Positions 49,745 to 59,068 of a stretch of DNA of 64,000 bases are shown piece by piece. The DNA comes from an uncultured Candidatus Poseidoniales archaeon (GTDB lineage: Archaea; Thermoplasmatota; Poseidoniia; Poseidoniales; Poseidoniaceae): contig CAJJAP010000004.1 in assembly GCA_905182185.1 (NCBI GenBank), forward strand, positions 72,178 through 136,177, given 5' to 3'. A model generated the notes under the pieces. It saw only the letters and a program-made list of their open reading frames with translations, ran no database searches and was not told the origin of the DNA. The translations under genes were made by a program, and so were the position numbers. The first letter of the stretch is position 1. Each line of letters begins with the position of its first letter.

Positions 49745-50287
49745 TCACTCCTTGTTTAGTAAATATATACCATCTTGGAAAACACGTCGGTCACGATTCT
49801 TCACCGTAGTACAGCGTTCAATATTCGCTGCTGTTTGACCAACATTTTCCTTGTCAATTCCAGTTACGGTCACTTCGACCTTTTTGCTGATTTTTACAGT
49901 AACTCCATCTAGAATTGCTGCTGTTCGTGGAACACGTTCACCAAAATAATTGTTTACAATAAATTGGTTTCCTTTCTGGGCAAGCGTCATAGGAAAGTGA
50001 GAGTAAAAGGCTTTCAGATTGTATGTGAATCCTTGCGTTACTCCTCTTACCATGTTATTCAGATGTGCTACCCAGGTTCCAACCATTGCCGCTTGTTTGC
50101 GGCGTGGCATATCTACACGAACTTTTAGTTCTGAACCTTCATGAAATAGATCTACTACTGGGCTTAGGAATTGCCTTGATAGTTTTCCTTTCGGGCCTGT
50201 TATTGTTACGACGCCATCTTCGCTGAGAGATACATTCACATCTTCAGGGATGGTTACTGATTTTTCGATTCTGTCGAGTTTTACCAT
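49745..50287 (-). CDS. rpl6: 50S ribosomal protein uL6
   Basis: Start at ATG 50287, preceded by GAGGTGA. Confidence 0.92.
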   Translation of the reverse strand: MVKLDRIEKSVTIPEDVNVSLSEDGVVTITGPKGKLSRQFLSPVVDLFHEGSELKVRVDMPRRKQAAMVGTWVAHLNNMVRGVTQGFTYNLKAFYSHFPMTLAQKGNQFIVNNYFGERVPRTAAILDGVTVKISKKVEVTVTGIDKENVGQTAANIERCTTVKNRDRRVFQDGIYLLNKE

Positions 50288-50297
50288 ATTATTCACC

Positions 50298-50687
50298 TCA
50301 ATATACGTAAGCGAGTAGCTTACCACCGATACGAGCGTCTTTTGCATCATAATGATGCATTACGCCGGAGTTTGTTGTTAGTATTAGAAGACCGAAGTCT
50401 TGAGCAGGAAGGTATCGAATTTCCCACTGGTCGTATTCTTGGCGGCGTACGCTGTGACGAGGTTTTACCGTACCACAGCGATTGATTGCACCGCGTAGTT
50501 CAACTACGTACATTCCGCCACGACCGTCTTCAGTACGGTCAATAGCTCCGACGTAGCCGGACTTTTGCATTATTTCTAGGACATTGCCAAGCAACTTACT
50601 TGCCGGTTTAAGTTCAACATTGAACTTTCCAGCCTGTTCGGCATTGTACATCTTAATTAGAGCGTCATTTAGTGGATCTGTTTGCAT
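50298..50687 (-). CDS. rps8: 30S ribosomal protein uS8
   Basis: DPLNDALIKMYNAE N-terminus. Confidence 0.93.
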   Translation of the reverse strand: MQTDPLNDALIKMYNAEQAGKFNVELKPASKLLGNVLEIMQKSGYVGAIDRTEDGRGGMYVVELRGAINRCGTVKPRHSVRRQEYDQWEIRYLPAQDFGLLILTTNSGVMHHYDAKDARIGGKLLAYVY

Positions 50688-50699
50688 ATTAATTCCTCC

Positions 50700-50852
50700 T
50701 CAACTCATTTTCTTAAATCCGATTTGTGGTGCTACGTCTCGGAAACATTGACGGCATAAGCGAAGCCCATGTCGGCGAATCATTCCTCTTTTTCGTCCAC
50801 ATCGTCGGCAGCCAATTGTGCGGCCAATTCTTTCTCCATGATCTCTTGCCAT
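50700..50852 (-). CDS. rps14: 30S ribosomal protein uS14 (zinc-binding type, 50 aa; below the ORF-track size cutoff)
   Basis: Hand translation gives [50 protein letters not shown], with CxxC...CxxC. Confidence 0.9.
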   Translation of the reverse strand: MARDHGERIGRTIGCRRCGRKRGMIRRHGLRLCRQCFRDVAPQIGFKKMS

Positions 50853-50854
50853 TT

Positions 50855-51382
50855 TCAGTCCTCCAAAATTGTTAAATCGTAATTTTTCTTAAACCACTCT
50901 CTTGCTTCATCAGCAGTTACGTGGTGGCTCATTGCAACCTTTGCCTTGCCTTTTCTTCGGCGAGAGACACGGTGTCCTGGGCGTTCTAGAACAATTGTGA
51001 TATCCATTCCGTAGATTCCGATATCAGGGTTATACTTCTGGTCAGGGAAATCAGTGTAATCACGGATACCAAAGGAAAGGTTACCCGAGAGGTCAAAGTT
51101 CCACTTAGGAATAATCTTTTCACGGACCCAAAAAGCATCGGTTAAGAACTTCTTAATCGATTCCTTGTTCCTCATGGTTGCTTTACAACCAATCGGAGCG
51201 CCTAGGCGAACCTTCAGGTCACGGTTTTGGATTCTTCCAAGAGTTCTTTGAGGTTTTATACCGGTAACCAATTGCAATACACTTTCTGCATTGACAAGGC
51301 GATCTCCACCTTCACCAACACCGATGTTGACTGAAACCTTGGTAATCCTCGGCTCAGACATTGGATTTGCTTTCTCACTCAT
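50855..51382 (-). CDS. rpl5: 50S ribosomal protein uL5
   Basis: Operon order and uL5-like sequence. Confidence 0.92.
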   Translation of the reverse strand: MSEKANPMSEPRITKVSVNIGVGEGGDRLVNAESVLQLVTGIKPQRTLGRIQNRDLKVRLGAPIGCKATMRNKESIKKFLTDAFWVREKIIPKWNFDLSGNLSFGIRDYTDFPDQKYNPDIGIYGMDITIVLERPGHRVSRRRKGKAKVAMSHHVTADEAREWFKKNYDLTILED

Positions 51383-52089
51383 TCAACCACCTCTGACATT
51401 GGAAGTGAAACTTCTCCTACTGCGAAGACATTATCTAAAGTAGTACCAAATGCTTCGAATTGAACTTCGTTTGGCATACTGGAGCGCTTTACGATGTAAT
51501 CCTTAACTTCAGCATATTCTCCTACGTGAGAACCACCGGTCAAGAAACAACGAGTACCTTCACCGAAGCGAATGTGTTCAACTACTTCTTGAGAAGGAAG
51601 AGAAATCTTTAGTGAATCCCCTGTATTGTATTCTGCTGCATCTTCACAGATAATATTACGACCATCGTGTAAGTTGATTTGTGTCTTACCACCCTTGATT
51701 GTAGTCTTACCATCAATGCGGCAAATCTTCCAAGAAGCTTCTTCACTGGATATAGGATGGTATCTTAGTCTTCCTTTTACATCCAGAACACATCGGTAAT
51801 TAGTTTCACCAATAGTTAGGACGTCCATTAGACCAACACCACGACGTGTATCTTTGCAGATACGGCCATCAACTAGTGCTAATCCATTGTGTAGGATGTG
51901 GCGAACTTCTCTAGTTGATCGTGCGACTCCAAGTACATCACGGATGATGACATTGATAGGCATACACGTATCGAGTGCGTGAGCACCAGGTGCTGCACGA
52001 GTTACCCAAATAGTGGTCTTACGTGGAAGAGGCCAGCTACGTGGCATTGCTAAACGCTTCAAGTGATTACTGCTTCCCATTCTATTCAA
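51379..52089 (-). CDS. rps4e: 30S ribosomal protein eS4
   Basis: HLKRLAMPRSWPLPRK N-terminus. Confidence 0.93.
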   Translation of the reverse strand: MNRMGSSNHLKRLAMPRSWPLPRKTTIWVTRAAPGAHALDTCMPINVIIRDVLGVARSTREVRHILHNGLALVDGRICKDTRRGVGLMDVLTIGETNYRCVLDVKGRLRYHPISSEEASWKICRIDGKTTIKGGKTQINLHDGRNIICEDAAEYNTGDSLKISLPSQEVVEHIRFGEGTRCFLTGGSHVGEYAEVKDYIVKRSSMPNEVQFEAFGTTLDNVFAVGEVSLPMSEVVE

Positions 52090-52493
52090 CTCCTGTTACC
52101 GGTTAGTTGTTGCACACGCAACTTGTCGGTTTCGTCAAGTTTGACGACTACGACATTAGAAGAGTGGACCGGTACCGCTTCTTCCTTATTGTCTGATTTA
52201 CTTCCTTTAGCACCTTCGATGAAGATGCGTCCAGTCTCAGATTCGATTCTTAGAACTGCTCCAGTTAGTGGGTTTGCGTTACGCTTTCCACCATGGCGCT
52301 TTCCACCATTTGAGAAATCGCCGCGGATGACACGAACTGTGTCGCCTACACGAACTGTGACAGAGCGTACACTAGCAAAACGTGCATCTGGTTTGTCAAG
52401 AAGAAGTCTTGCTGCAATTCGCTTGCGCTTCTCATGAAGAGGAGCGTTATAGTGCGCCTTACGTTGTTTGTTTGGTTTCATACTTTTTACCAT
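52086..52493 (-). CDS. rpl24: 50S ribosomal protein uL24
   Basis: KOW motif region VRVGDTVRVIRGDF. Confidence 0.9.
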   Translation of the reverse strand: MVKSMKPNKQRKAHYNAPLHEKRKRIAARLLLDKPDARFASVRSVTVRVGDTVRVIRGDFSNGGKRHGGKRNANPLTGAVLRIESETGRIFIEGAKGSKSDNKEEAVPVHSSNVVVVKLDETDKLRVQQLTGNRS

Positions 52494-52503
52494 TCAATTC
52501 ACC

Positions 52504-52902
52504 TCAGATAATTTGTTTCGCGTTTGCTGCGATACGAGGCCAGCGTTCTGCTGCCTCTCTTGATACTGGCCCCTTAATATCGGAACCCTGGACATCGCCT
52601 TTCTCATTTGTAATGACGCAAGCATTGTCTTCGAATTGTACCCATGTTCCGTCAACACGACGGAAAGGTCTGCGTTGGCGGATGATAACTGCATTGAACA
52701 TTTGGCGACGTGTCTCAGGTGTACCCTTTTTGACAGAAACCTTAGCAAGATCACCTACTCCACCAGCAGGGTAACGACGCATTGTGTTACCCAACTTTAG
52801 AATGTTAATGATTTGTACAATCTTTGCACCTGTGTTATCTGCAACGTGTAGACGTGCAGCGGTTGGAAGACCACGGGTTTGACGTCCTGCAATTCCCTTC
52901 AT
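52504..52902 (-). CDS. rpl14: 50S ribosomal protein uL14
   Basis: LHVADNTGAK, 132 aa. Confidence 0.94.
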   Translation of the reverse strand: MKGIAGRQTRGLPTAARLHVADNTGAKIVQIINILKLGNTMRRYPAGGVGDLAKVSVKKGTPETRRQMFNAVIIRQRRPFRRVDGTWVQFEDNACVITNEKGDVQGSDIKGPVSREAAERWPRIAANAKQII

Positions 52903-53237
52903 TGTTCTTCACCACCGTTTATTTCTACAACACAGAATGAAACCGTCTTTGAAAGTGGTCTGCATTCCATAACCTTGACTTTGTCGCCAACGTTAACTTC
53001 ACCAACACAAGCAGGGAGATGTGCGGAAAGTGAACTTGTGCGCTTTTCGAATCTCTCGTACTTCTGCATGTATCGAACATTATGACGTTCAATCGTGATC
53101 GTTCTGCTCATACCAATGCCAGAGATTGTACCCTCTAGCATCTGTCCTCGTAAACGCAAACTGCCGTAAAACGGACAATTAGCGTCGCCATCCCATTCCC
53201 CTGAAGGTATCTTTACGTCTACTCCGATGTCTCGCAT
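52899..53237 (-). CDS. rps17: 30S ribosomal protein uS17
   Basis: Operon position and OB-fold S17-like sequence. Confidence 0.9.
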   Translation of the reverse strand: MRDIGVDVKIPSGEWDGDANCPFYGSLRLRGQMLEGTISGIGMSRTITIERHNVRYMQKYERFEKRTSSLSAHLPACVGEVNVGDKVKVMECRPLSKTVSFCVVEINGGEEQ

Positions 53238-53239
53238 GA

Positions 53240-53497
53240 TTATGCCATCCTGTATTTTTTGTTGATTCTGTCTTCCGGGCGTTGTCCAACACGTGCCCCA
53301 TTTATTACAACATCACTGTTGCCGATTTTGAAATCAATACTTTGTTTTCCGAGGCTGATTTCATTGCTTTCCTCGAGTATTGTAATAGTTTCTCTGCTCT
53401 CATCAAGAACAACACCAATACGACCCAATAGTGAAGAGTCTGGTGATGCTACAACTGTGAGTTGTTCACCAATCCATGTAGAGTTGTAGATATTCAT
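53240..53497 (-). CDS. rnp1: RNase P protein component 1 (Rpp29/Pop4)
   Basis: Conserved position between aIF1 and S17. Sm-like small protein. ATG 53497 follows GGAGGTG. Confidence 0.75.
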   Translation of the reverse strand: MNIYNSTWIGEQLTVVASPDSSLLGRIGVVLDESRETITILEESNEISLGKQSIDFKIGNSDVVINGARVGQRPEDRINKKYRMA

Positions 53498-53498
53498 A

Positions 53499-53798
53499 TC
53501 AGCGCACCTCCACATTAAATCCGTTTTCCTTTAGAACTCCAGCAGCCTTTTTCTTATGGTCACCTTGAAGTTCGATTACACGACCTTTGACAGTTCCACC
53601 GGCTGCACACTTGTTCTTGAGAAGTTTAGCGAGTTTGTTGATATCAATAGCTGCGTCTTCGATCCCTTCCACCTTTGTGACGATCTTTCCATATCGGCGA
53701 TGGTCGGTTGACAAAATTGCACATTGCTGCTCTTTAGCGATCTCCTGACAGATACATAGTTCGTCAGGAAGTCCACAAACGTTACAAATTGCTGCCAT
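53499..53798 (-). CDS. Translation initiation factor aIF1 (SUI1)
   Basis: N-terminal CxxCxxxxxxC zinc knuckle and SUI1 fold (ELQGDH). Confidence 0.88.
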   Translation of the reverse strand: MAAICNVCGLPDELCICQEIAKEQQCAILSTDHRRYGKIVTKVEGIEDAAIDINKLAKLLKNKCAAGGTVKGRVIELQGDHKKKAAGVLKENGFNVEVR

Positions 53799-53818
53799 AT
53801 CAAATCACCTCCCTTTAA

Positions 53819-54010
53819 TCAATTATTCAAATGTGTTAGAAGACGAGCAATACTTCTACGTGTTGCCTTGTATTCTCCAAGACTCGCTGGTGTACCACCA
53901 AGAGCCTTTTCTGCACGAAGTTGGAGCAACTCCTCTCGGAGTTCCAATAATCGGGACTCGCGAGCATCTCGGCTCATAGCCTCAATTTCTCGGTTGGAGA
54001 CGAAACTCAT
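53819..54010 (-). CDS. rpl29: 50S ribosomal protein uL29
   Basis: LELREELLQLRAEKA. Confidence 0.9.
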   Translation of the reverse strand: MSFVSNREIEAMSRDARESRLLELREELLQLRAEKALGGTPASLGEYKATRRSIARLLTHLNN

Positions 54011-54678
54011 GCGCTCGCCTCCGCAGCTGCTGCTTCTTCACGGATTCTCAGTTCTTCTTCAGAGAAAATACTAATCTCGTGAGGTAGACGAGTTCCTGAG
54101 CGCATGATTTCAACTGTAACACCGATTGTTCCAAGCTTCTTAATCGCTACAGAATATCCCTTGTCCATGTGTTGTAATGCTGTTTCTCCACAAAACTTTA
54201 CGTGACCCAATAGGAACTTCTGTGTGCGGTTTCTTGAACCGGTCAACTTTCCAGCGATTGTAATCAAAACACCACGTGCGCCTGCATCCATAATGTTGGT
54301 TGCAGCACTTGCACCAGCACGGCGGTAGTACCAGCCGCGCTCCATAGCGCTTGCAATCTTTTCAGCCATTACTTGAGCGTTAAGAGTTGCATTTTCAATT
54401 TCTTCAACCATTAACTTAGGTTGTAGAAGTGTGAACTCTTCATTCAAGCGGCGTTGAAGATCTTTGATGATTTTTCCTTTTGAACCGATGACCATACCAG
54501 GTCTGTCTGCAGTTACTGTAAGGATATCTTGAGGTTTGTTGTTATTCTTGTTTAGAACTCTTTCGAATTTAAGACTACCGAAACCTGAACCCTTAGTGTT
54601 GTTCATTAAGAATTCCTTAACAAGATGGCGTTCGACGTTACGGTCAACTATTGATCGGAGTGTACTTTGTTTACCCAT
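54007..54678 (-). CDS. rps3: 30S ribosomal protein uS3
   Basis: KH domain (PGMVIGSKGK). ATG 54678 preceded by GAGGTGA. Confidence 0.93.
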   Translation of the reverse strand: MGKQSTLRSIVDRNVERHLVKEFLMNNTKGSGFGSLKFERVLNKNNNKPQDILTVTADRPGMVIGSKGKIIKDLQRRLNEEFTLLQPKLMVEEIENATLNAQVMAEKIASAMERGWYYRRAGASAATNIMDAGARGVLITIAGKLTGSRNRTQKFLLGHVKFCGETALQHMDKGYSVAIKKLGTIGVTVEIMRSGTRLPHEISIFSEEELRIREEAAAAEASA

Positions 54679-54688
54679 GATATTCACC

Positions 54689-55285
54689 TCAGAATTCATC
54701 CTCTAACTCATCGTCAGTTGCGTTGAAATCTTCAAGGAAGATTTCTAGATTAACACGGTAATGGTTACTAGGAGTTGCACGTCCACGAGCACGAGGAATC
54801 CATCCCTTCTTGATCTGTCCTCTGTGTGCTGCAACATGCGTAATTTCCATTTCCTCTGCGTCTACATCTTCATATTGATGTCGAGCATTTTCCATTGCAC
54901 TTTCAATCAACTTGATGAATGCACGGCTTGCCTTTACTGGGAAACGTCCAGGTCCGATACCGCCTTTACGGTGTCCGACCATACTAGGTCCAGAACGTTT
55001 CTTTTTCAGGTTGCCACTTCCCAAACGGAATGGGACTGCTACGGCCTTACGGCGAATATCTGGGCGGTCTGAATCAATCTTCAGTACTTGGTTAAGGAAA
55101 TTAATCGCTTTTCCAGCCTTCATGTGCTTGATGTAGCGGGCGATTTCGAAACAATGCTTGACGTGCATGTCGACATCGACTGTACGAGCTGTTGCTAAAT
55201 GGCTGCCTTGTAGGAGTTGCGTGTATCCCTTTTGGGGAAGTGCACTTCTCTTGCTGCGTCTGTCTAATTCTTTTGCTTTAGCCAT
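54689..55285 (-). CDS. rpl22: 50S ribosomal protein uL22 (acidic C-terminal tail)
   Basis: ATG 55285 preceded by GAGGTG; operon order. Confidence 0.9.
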   Translation of the reverse strand: MAKAKELDRRSKRSALPQKGYTQLLQGSHLATARTVDVDMHVKHCFEIARYIKHMKAGKAINFLNQVLKIDSDRPDIRRKAVAVPFRLGSGNLKKKRSGPSMVGHRKGGIGPGRFPVKASRAFIKLIESAMENARHQYEDVDAEEMEITHVAAHRGQIKKGWIPRARGRATPSNHYRVNLEIFLEDFNATDDELEDEF

Positions 55286-55295
55286 AATAAACACC

Positions 55296-55793
55296 TCACT
55301 TCAATGCTACGTTCTGAGAAGAACGAGTTGCACCCACACCAGGGCCACTGTGAGTGACGCTATGGCGGGTCTGTCCGAATTCACCGAGATAGTGCCCAAT
55401 CATTTCTGGGGCGATCTCGACTTCTACGAACTTTAGACCATTGTAAATTGCGATTCTCTTACCCACGAACTCAGGTAGAATTGGCATGTCACGGCGATGC
55501 GTACGAATAGATTTTCCAGTAGTACGGCGGACACGTTCCAAAAAGTGCTCATTCTCAAGAGAAAGGCCACGTGCGATAGAACGGCGTGCACGAGATGGTA
55601 GTAGAGTGATTACAGATGGCGCATCAGGGTTATCTTCAGAAGGCCATAGTGGCATTTCTGTTAATTCCGCGACAGTATATCCACGGTATGTGAATTCCTT
55701 CTTTACACGGCCTGATGTAGTTGAAAGGCGCTTGCGTGCCTTTCGGCGGCTTGCCTTTGGGGTCATAAACGACTTCTTCTTCTTTCTTCCCAT
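55296..55793 (-). CDS. rps19: 30S ribosomal protein uS19 (basic N-terminal extension)
   Basis: IAIYNGLKFVEVEI...GHYLGEF. Confidence 0.92.
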   Translation of the reverse strand: MGRKKKKSFMTPKASRRKARKRLSTTSGRVKKEFTYRGYTVAELTEMPLWPSEDNPDAPSVITLLPSRARRSIARGLSLENEHFLERVRRTTGKSIRTHRRDMPILPEFVGKRIAIYNGLKFVEVEIAPEMIGHYLGEFGQTRHSVTHSGPGVGATRSSQNVALK

Positions 55794-55804
55794 AATAATT
55801 CACC

Positions 55805-56521
55805 TCAAAGTTTCTTGCCGCGGCCTCTACCAGTGCGGCTTGGTGCGATAAGTCCGACCTTAGCACCCGGCGGAGTTCCACGTGCAACTGAGCTTGGTCC
55901 GTGGACAGCCTGATGATTTCCACCACCGTGCGGATGATCCACTGGATTCATTGCTACACCACTGACGTGAGGGAACAGTTTTCCACGGGCCTTAGCCTTG
56001 TAGTATGCTGCTCCAGCAGTACGCAGTGGCATCTCGTCACGACCATGACCGGCTAAGACACCGATGGTAGCACGACAATTTGCTGGAAGTTCTTTGAGAG
56101 CCCCAGATGGAAGACGAATACGAACTTTGCCTCCAATTCGAGCCTCTACAATACAGGAGTTTCCTGCTGCACGAGCAATCTTTCCCCCGTCACCTGGACG
56201 AAGTTCAAGATTGTTGATTGCGGTACCTTCTGGAATATTAGCAAGCCTAGTAATGTTACCAGGTTTTAGAGCCACATTGTCGCCGATTGCGACACTGCTT
56301 CCTATTGCAATTCCTTCAGTAGCCGATACTAGTGTTGTTTCTCCACCAGGCAACTTCACTCTTGCAAGTGGAGCTGAATGTACTGGAGAATGTACTAGTT
56401 CTGTTACTTCACCGACTATGTCGGTTGCGCGTGGCATGCGGTTAGCACCTGGGAAACGATGACTCGCCACGCGGTAACGTGGTGAGGATCCTTTACGTTG
56501 TGCACGAATTCTCTTACCCAT
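55805..56521 (-). CDS. rpl2: 50S ribosomal protein uL2
   Basis: GVAMNPVDHPHGGG. Confidence 0.96.
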   Translation of the reverse strand: MGKRIRAQRKGSSPRYRVASHRFPGANRMPRATDIVGEVTELVHSPVHSAPLARVKLPGGETTLVSATEGIAIGSSVAIGDNVALKPGNITRLANIPEGTAINNLELRPGDGGKIARAAGNSCIVEARIGGKVRIRLPSGALKELPANCRATIGVLAGHGRDEMPLRTAGAAYYKAKARGKLFPHVSGVAMNPVDHPHGGGNHQAVHGPSSVARGTPPGAKVGLIAPSRTGRGRGKKL

Positions 56522-56532
56522 GATAAATCACC

Positions 56533-56790
56533 TCAGAATGCTCCTAGACGCATAGCCGCGTCTTCTGCATCGTAACCTTCAGCAAGGCGCACAGATGCGT
56601 GCTTTCCATGCTTTGTGTTACGAACGTTAACCTTTGCAACTTCAACTTCGAAAAGTTCTTCAACCGCTCTTGCGATTTGATTCTTATTTGCACTGCGATG
56701 AACGATGAATTCAAGTCGTCCTTGACTTGAACGAGCTTCCATCGATTTCTCTGTTAGCCACGGTTGAATTATAATACTGTATGCGTCCAT
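56533..56790 (-). CDS. rpl23: 50S ribosomal protein uL23
   Basis: ATG 56790 preceded by GAGGTGA; LTEKS motif. Confidence 0.92.
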   Translation of the reverse strand: MDAYSIIIQPWLTEKSMEARSSQGRLEFIVHRSANKNQIARAVEELFEVEVAKVNVRNTKHGKHASVRLAEGYDAEDAAMRLGAF

Positions 56791-56800
56791 GATATTCACC

Positions 56801-57682
56801 TCAGTTAAGAGCCTCCACAGCCGCCTTGGTAAAGACGGTTAGACGACCGACATCGCCACCAGGTGCCAAATCTTCAGCAGATAGGTTGCGAGCAGCGACT
56901 ACGTCTACACCAGGCAGGTTTCTTGCAGCATTTGCAAGTCCGGATTTATCCTTAACGACCAATAGAATGGACTTAGGTGTCTTGTGAACACGCCCTCTCA
57001 TCTTTCCTTTTCCAGCACGGATATTTCTTCCATCTCGAGCACGCATCAGATCATCTCCAAGGCCAATCTCGTTGAATATGGATAGTACCTTTCTTGTAGC
57101 ACTACCATGATTGAATTGTTCAATATCGAATTCTTCGCTCTTTCCATCACGAACTTCTACATAATTCCCTAGAATCAGTGGAAGTGCGGTAATATCTCCA
57201 GAGAATCTGTGACCACGGTTTGCTACTGTATCAAGATTAGTAGTAGCTGCGAGTGCTGAGTTTCTAGCGATTCTTCGCTCTTTGGAATTCAACTTACGAG
57301 CCCAGATTTTCTCAACCTTAGGACCATGTGCACGTCGACCACCTAGAGTGTGCGGGCTTTGTGCACCACGGCTTTGACCAGTACGGCGCATAATACGAGA
57401 GACACCTCGTCCCTTGCCCCACCATTCGACGGAGTGCTTCATACCAGACATAGGCGCACGCTTTCCTCCGTGTGCTCTTTGACCGTATGCTTGTCTTCGG
57501 TTAGCACGAGCGCTTGCTACTGCTAACTTGATCATGTCTGGGCGATGTGGTGCGGTGAATGCCTCAGGAAGAGTTACTTTCTCCCCTAGAGAAACTTCAA
57601 CAGAGAAGTTTTCTTGGAGGCGTCCTGCATCAAGTTCATCTTGACTGACATTATTTGTAATATCCATAACTGTTACTTTCAT
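56801..57682 (-). CDS. rpl4: 50S ribosomal protein uL4
   Basis: L4/L1e family sequence and operon order. Confidence 0.92.
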   Translation of the reverse strand: MKVTVMDITNNVSQDELDAGRLQENFSVEVSLGEKVTLPEAFTAPHRPDMIKLAVASARANRRQAYGQRAHGGKRAPMSGMKHSVEWWGKGRGVSRIMRRTGQSRGAQSPHTLGGRRAHGPKVEKIWARKLNSKERRIARNSALAATTNLDTVANRGHRFSGDITALPLILGNYVEVRDGKSEEFDIEQFNHGSATRKVLSIFNEIGLGDDLMRARDGRNIRAGKGKMRGRVHKTPKSILLVVKDKSGLANAARNLPGVDVVAARNLSAEDLAPGGDVGRLTVFTKAAVEALN

Positions 57683-57684
57683 GC

Positions 57685-58704
57685 TCAGACCCCCTGCTTC
57701 GATGCTGTACTTACATAGGTAATCTCGTAATCATGTAGTGCCTTATCGCTACCACGAGTTGCGTCACGGAATCTGATCAAACGCTTTGCAGGACCAGGAA
57801 CGCTACCATGAACTAGAATGTAATCGCACTTTACTTCACCATAGTGAAGGAAACCGCCAGCAGGCGTAATTGAATGCTCTTCTGGGTTTGCTACACGCAT
57901 GATACGCTTGTTGTACTCAGTTCTTTGATGATATCCAGTTTGACCACCTTGACGGATGGACTTTCGAACATATCCGTCACCGAATGCTCCCATGTTACCG
58001 TGTTGTCGGCGTTTCTTGGAGTTCTTGTGAGATTGAAGCTTTCCACCGAATCGCTTGATAACACCTTGCCATCCATAGCCCTTGGTTACAGCGATAATAT
58101 CTGTTAGTCCGCCTTCCTTGAATGAATCTGCGAAAGAATATTCTTCACCCAACTTTTCCTTAGCGAATTGAAGTTGTTCTAAGAAAGTGCCACCATCAAG
58201 TCCCATCTCCATAACATCAGGGACCTTTGTTGAGAGTCCGCCGACTGTAGCAGGTTGTGTTGCAACGATTAAGCGAACTTCACAGAGATCTGCATTTTCT
58301 AGATTCTCGAAGTGCTTCTCTGCATCGTGCTCTTTGCGCTCTGGTAGGCGCTTGAATAATTCAGGGAAAGCATCAGAGATTTGGCTTGCATCTGACCAAG
58401 CCTCTCCGATTGCCCTCATACCATAGGGGCTCATTTCGTATCCACGTACTCCAAGAATTCTCATCTTAGGGCATTCAACAACTGTTACTGGAACACGAAC
58501 TTCTTGACCTGCAGAAAGACTAGTTGGGTTTAAATCACGAGAAAGAATGTGAGTCATGCCAGCTTTCCAGCCAGCAAATCCTTGCACTCTAACTTCGCTC
58601 GCATCGGTTGTTGGCCACGAATTTACATGACCGAATGTGCGGGCAGACCGCTTTCGCGGGCTAAACGCCATCGATCCACGACGTGGGTGATTTCTCTTTG
58701 CCAT
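57685..58704 (-). CDS. rpl3: 50S ribosomal protein uL3
   Basis: MAKRNHPRRGSMAFSPRKR N-terminus. ATG 58704 preceded by GGAGGA. The track ORF extends to 58806. Confidence 0.93.
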   Translation of the reverse strand: MAKRNHPRRGSMAFSPRKRSARTFGHVNSWPTTDASEVRVQGFAGWKAGMTHILSRDLNPTSLSAGQEVRVPVTVVECPKMRILGVRGYEMSPYGMRAIGEAWSDASQISDAFPELFKRLPERKEHDAEKHFENLENADLCEVRLIVATQPATVGGLSTKVPDVMEMGLDGGTFLEQLQFAKEKLGEEYSFADSFKEGGLTDIIAVTKGYGWQGVIKRFGGKLQSHKNSKKRRQHGNMGAFGDGYVRKSIRQGGQTGYHQRTEYNKRIMRVANPEEHSITPAGGFLHYGEVKCDYILVHGSVPGPAKRLIRFRDATRGSDKALHDYEITYVSTASKQGV

Positions 58705-58870
58705 ATGGGATTCCTCCAGTTTTTTGTACAACGAATTGGCCCCACCGAAGGGGCGTACGAGGGCTCTCAAGTTGAGAGAAGCCGTGACACTGCGTTCCGT
58801 TTCCACTGTTGGAAAACGAGACTATAGGATTCCTCTCGGGATGGTCCTGTGTGTCTGGCTACTCACCTTT

Positions 58871-58900
58871 AAGCAACCCTCCGACAAACCTCCCCTATAT
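58871..58900 (-). promoter_or_regulatory. 30-nt conserved G-rich motif, copy upstream of rpl3 operon (ATATAGGGGAGGTTTGTCGGAGGGTTGCTT)
   Basis: 26/30 identical to 44146..44175. Lies 167-196 nt upstream of the rpl3 ATG. Confidence 0.55.
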
Positions 58901-59068
58901 GAGGAGTTCGGTCTCTAAATGCGGCTTAGTTGCGTGGTTCTTTAATATCCAACCCACCTAGCAATCCCATAAAAAAACACCCCAATGCTACAAAAAGATT
59001 TCAGATTTCACTTTCATTATTCAGCAACCCCACGCATTATCCTTTTTTACCCTCGCCGTAAAGGAAAG

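Noticed and set aside
46638-58918. Plus-strand ORFs across the ribosomal operon (for example 46638..47189, 47444..47818, 52063..52437, 52382..52774, 56064..56462, 58549..58918)
   Set aside because: All are antisense or out of frame to canonical ribosomal protein genes that fully account for the sequence.
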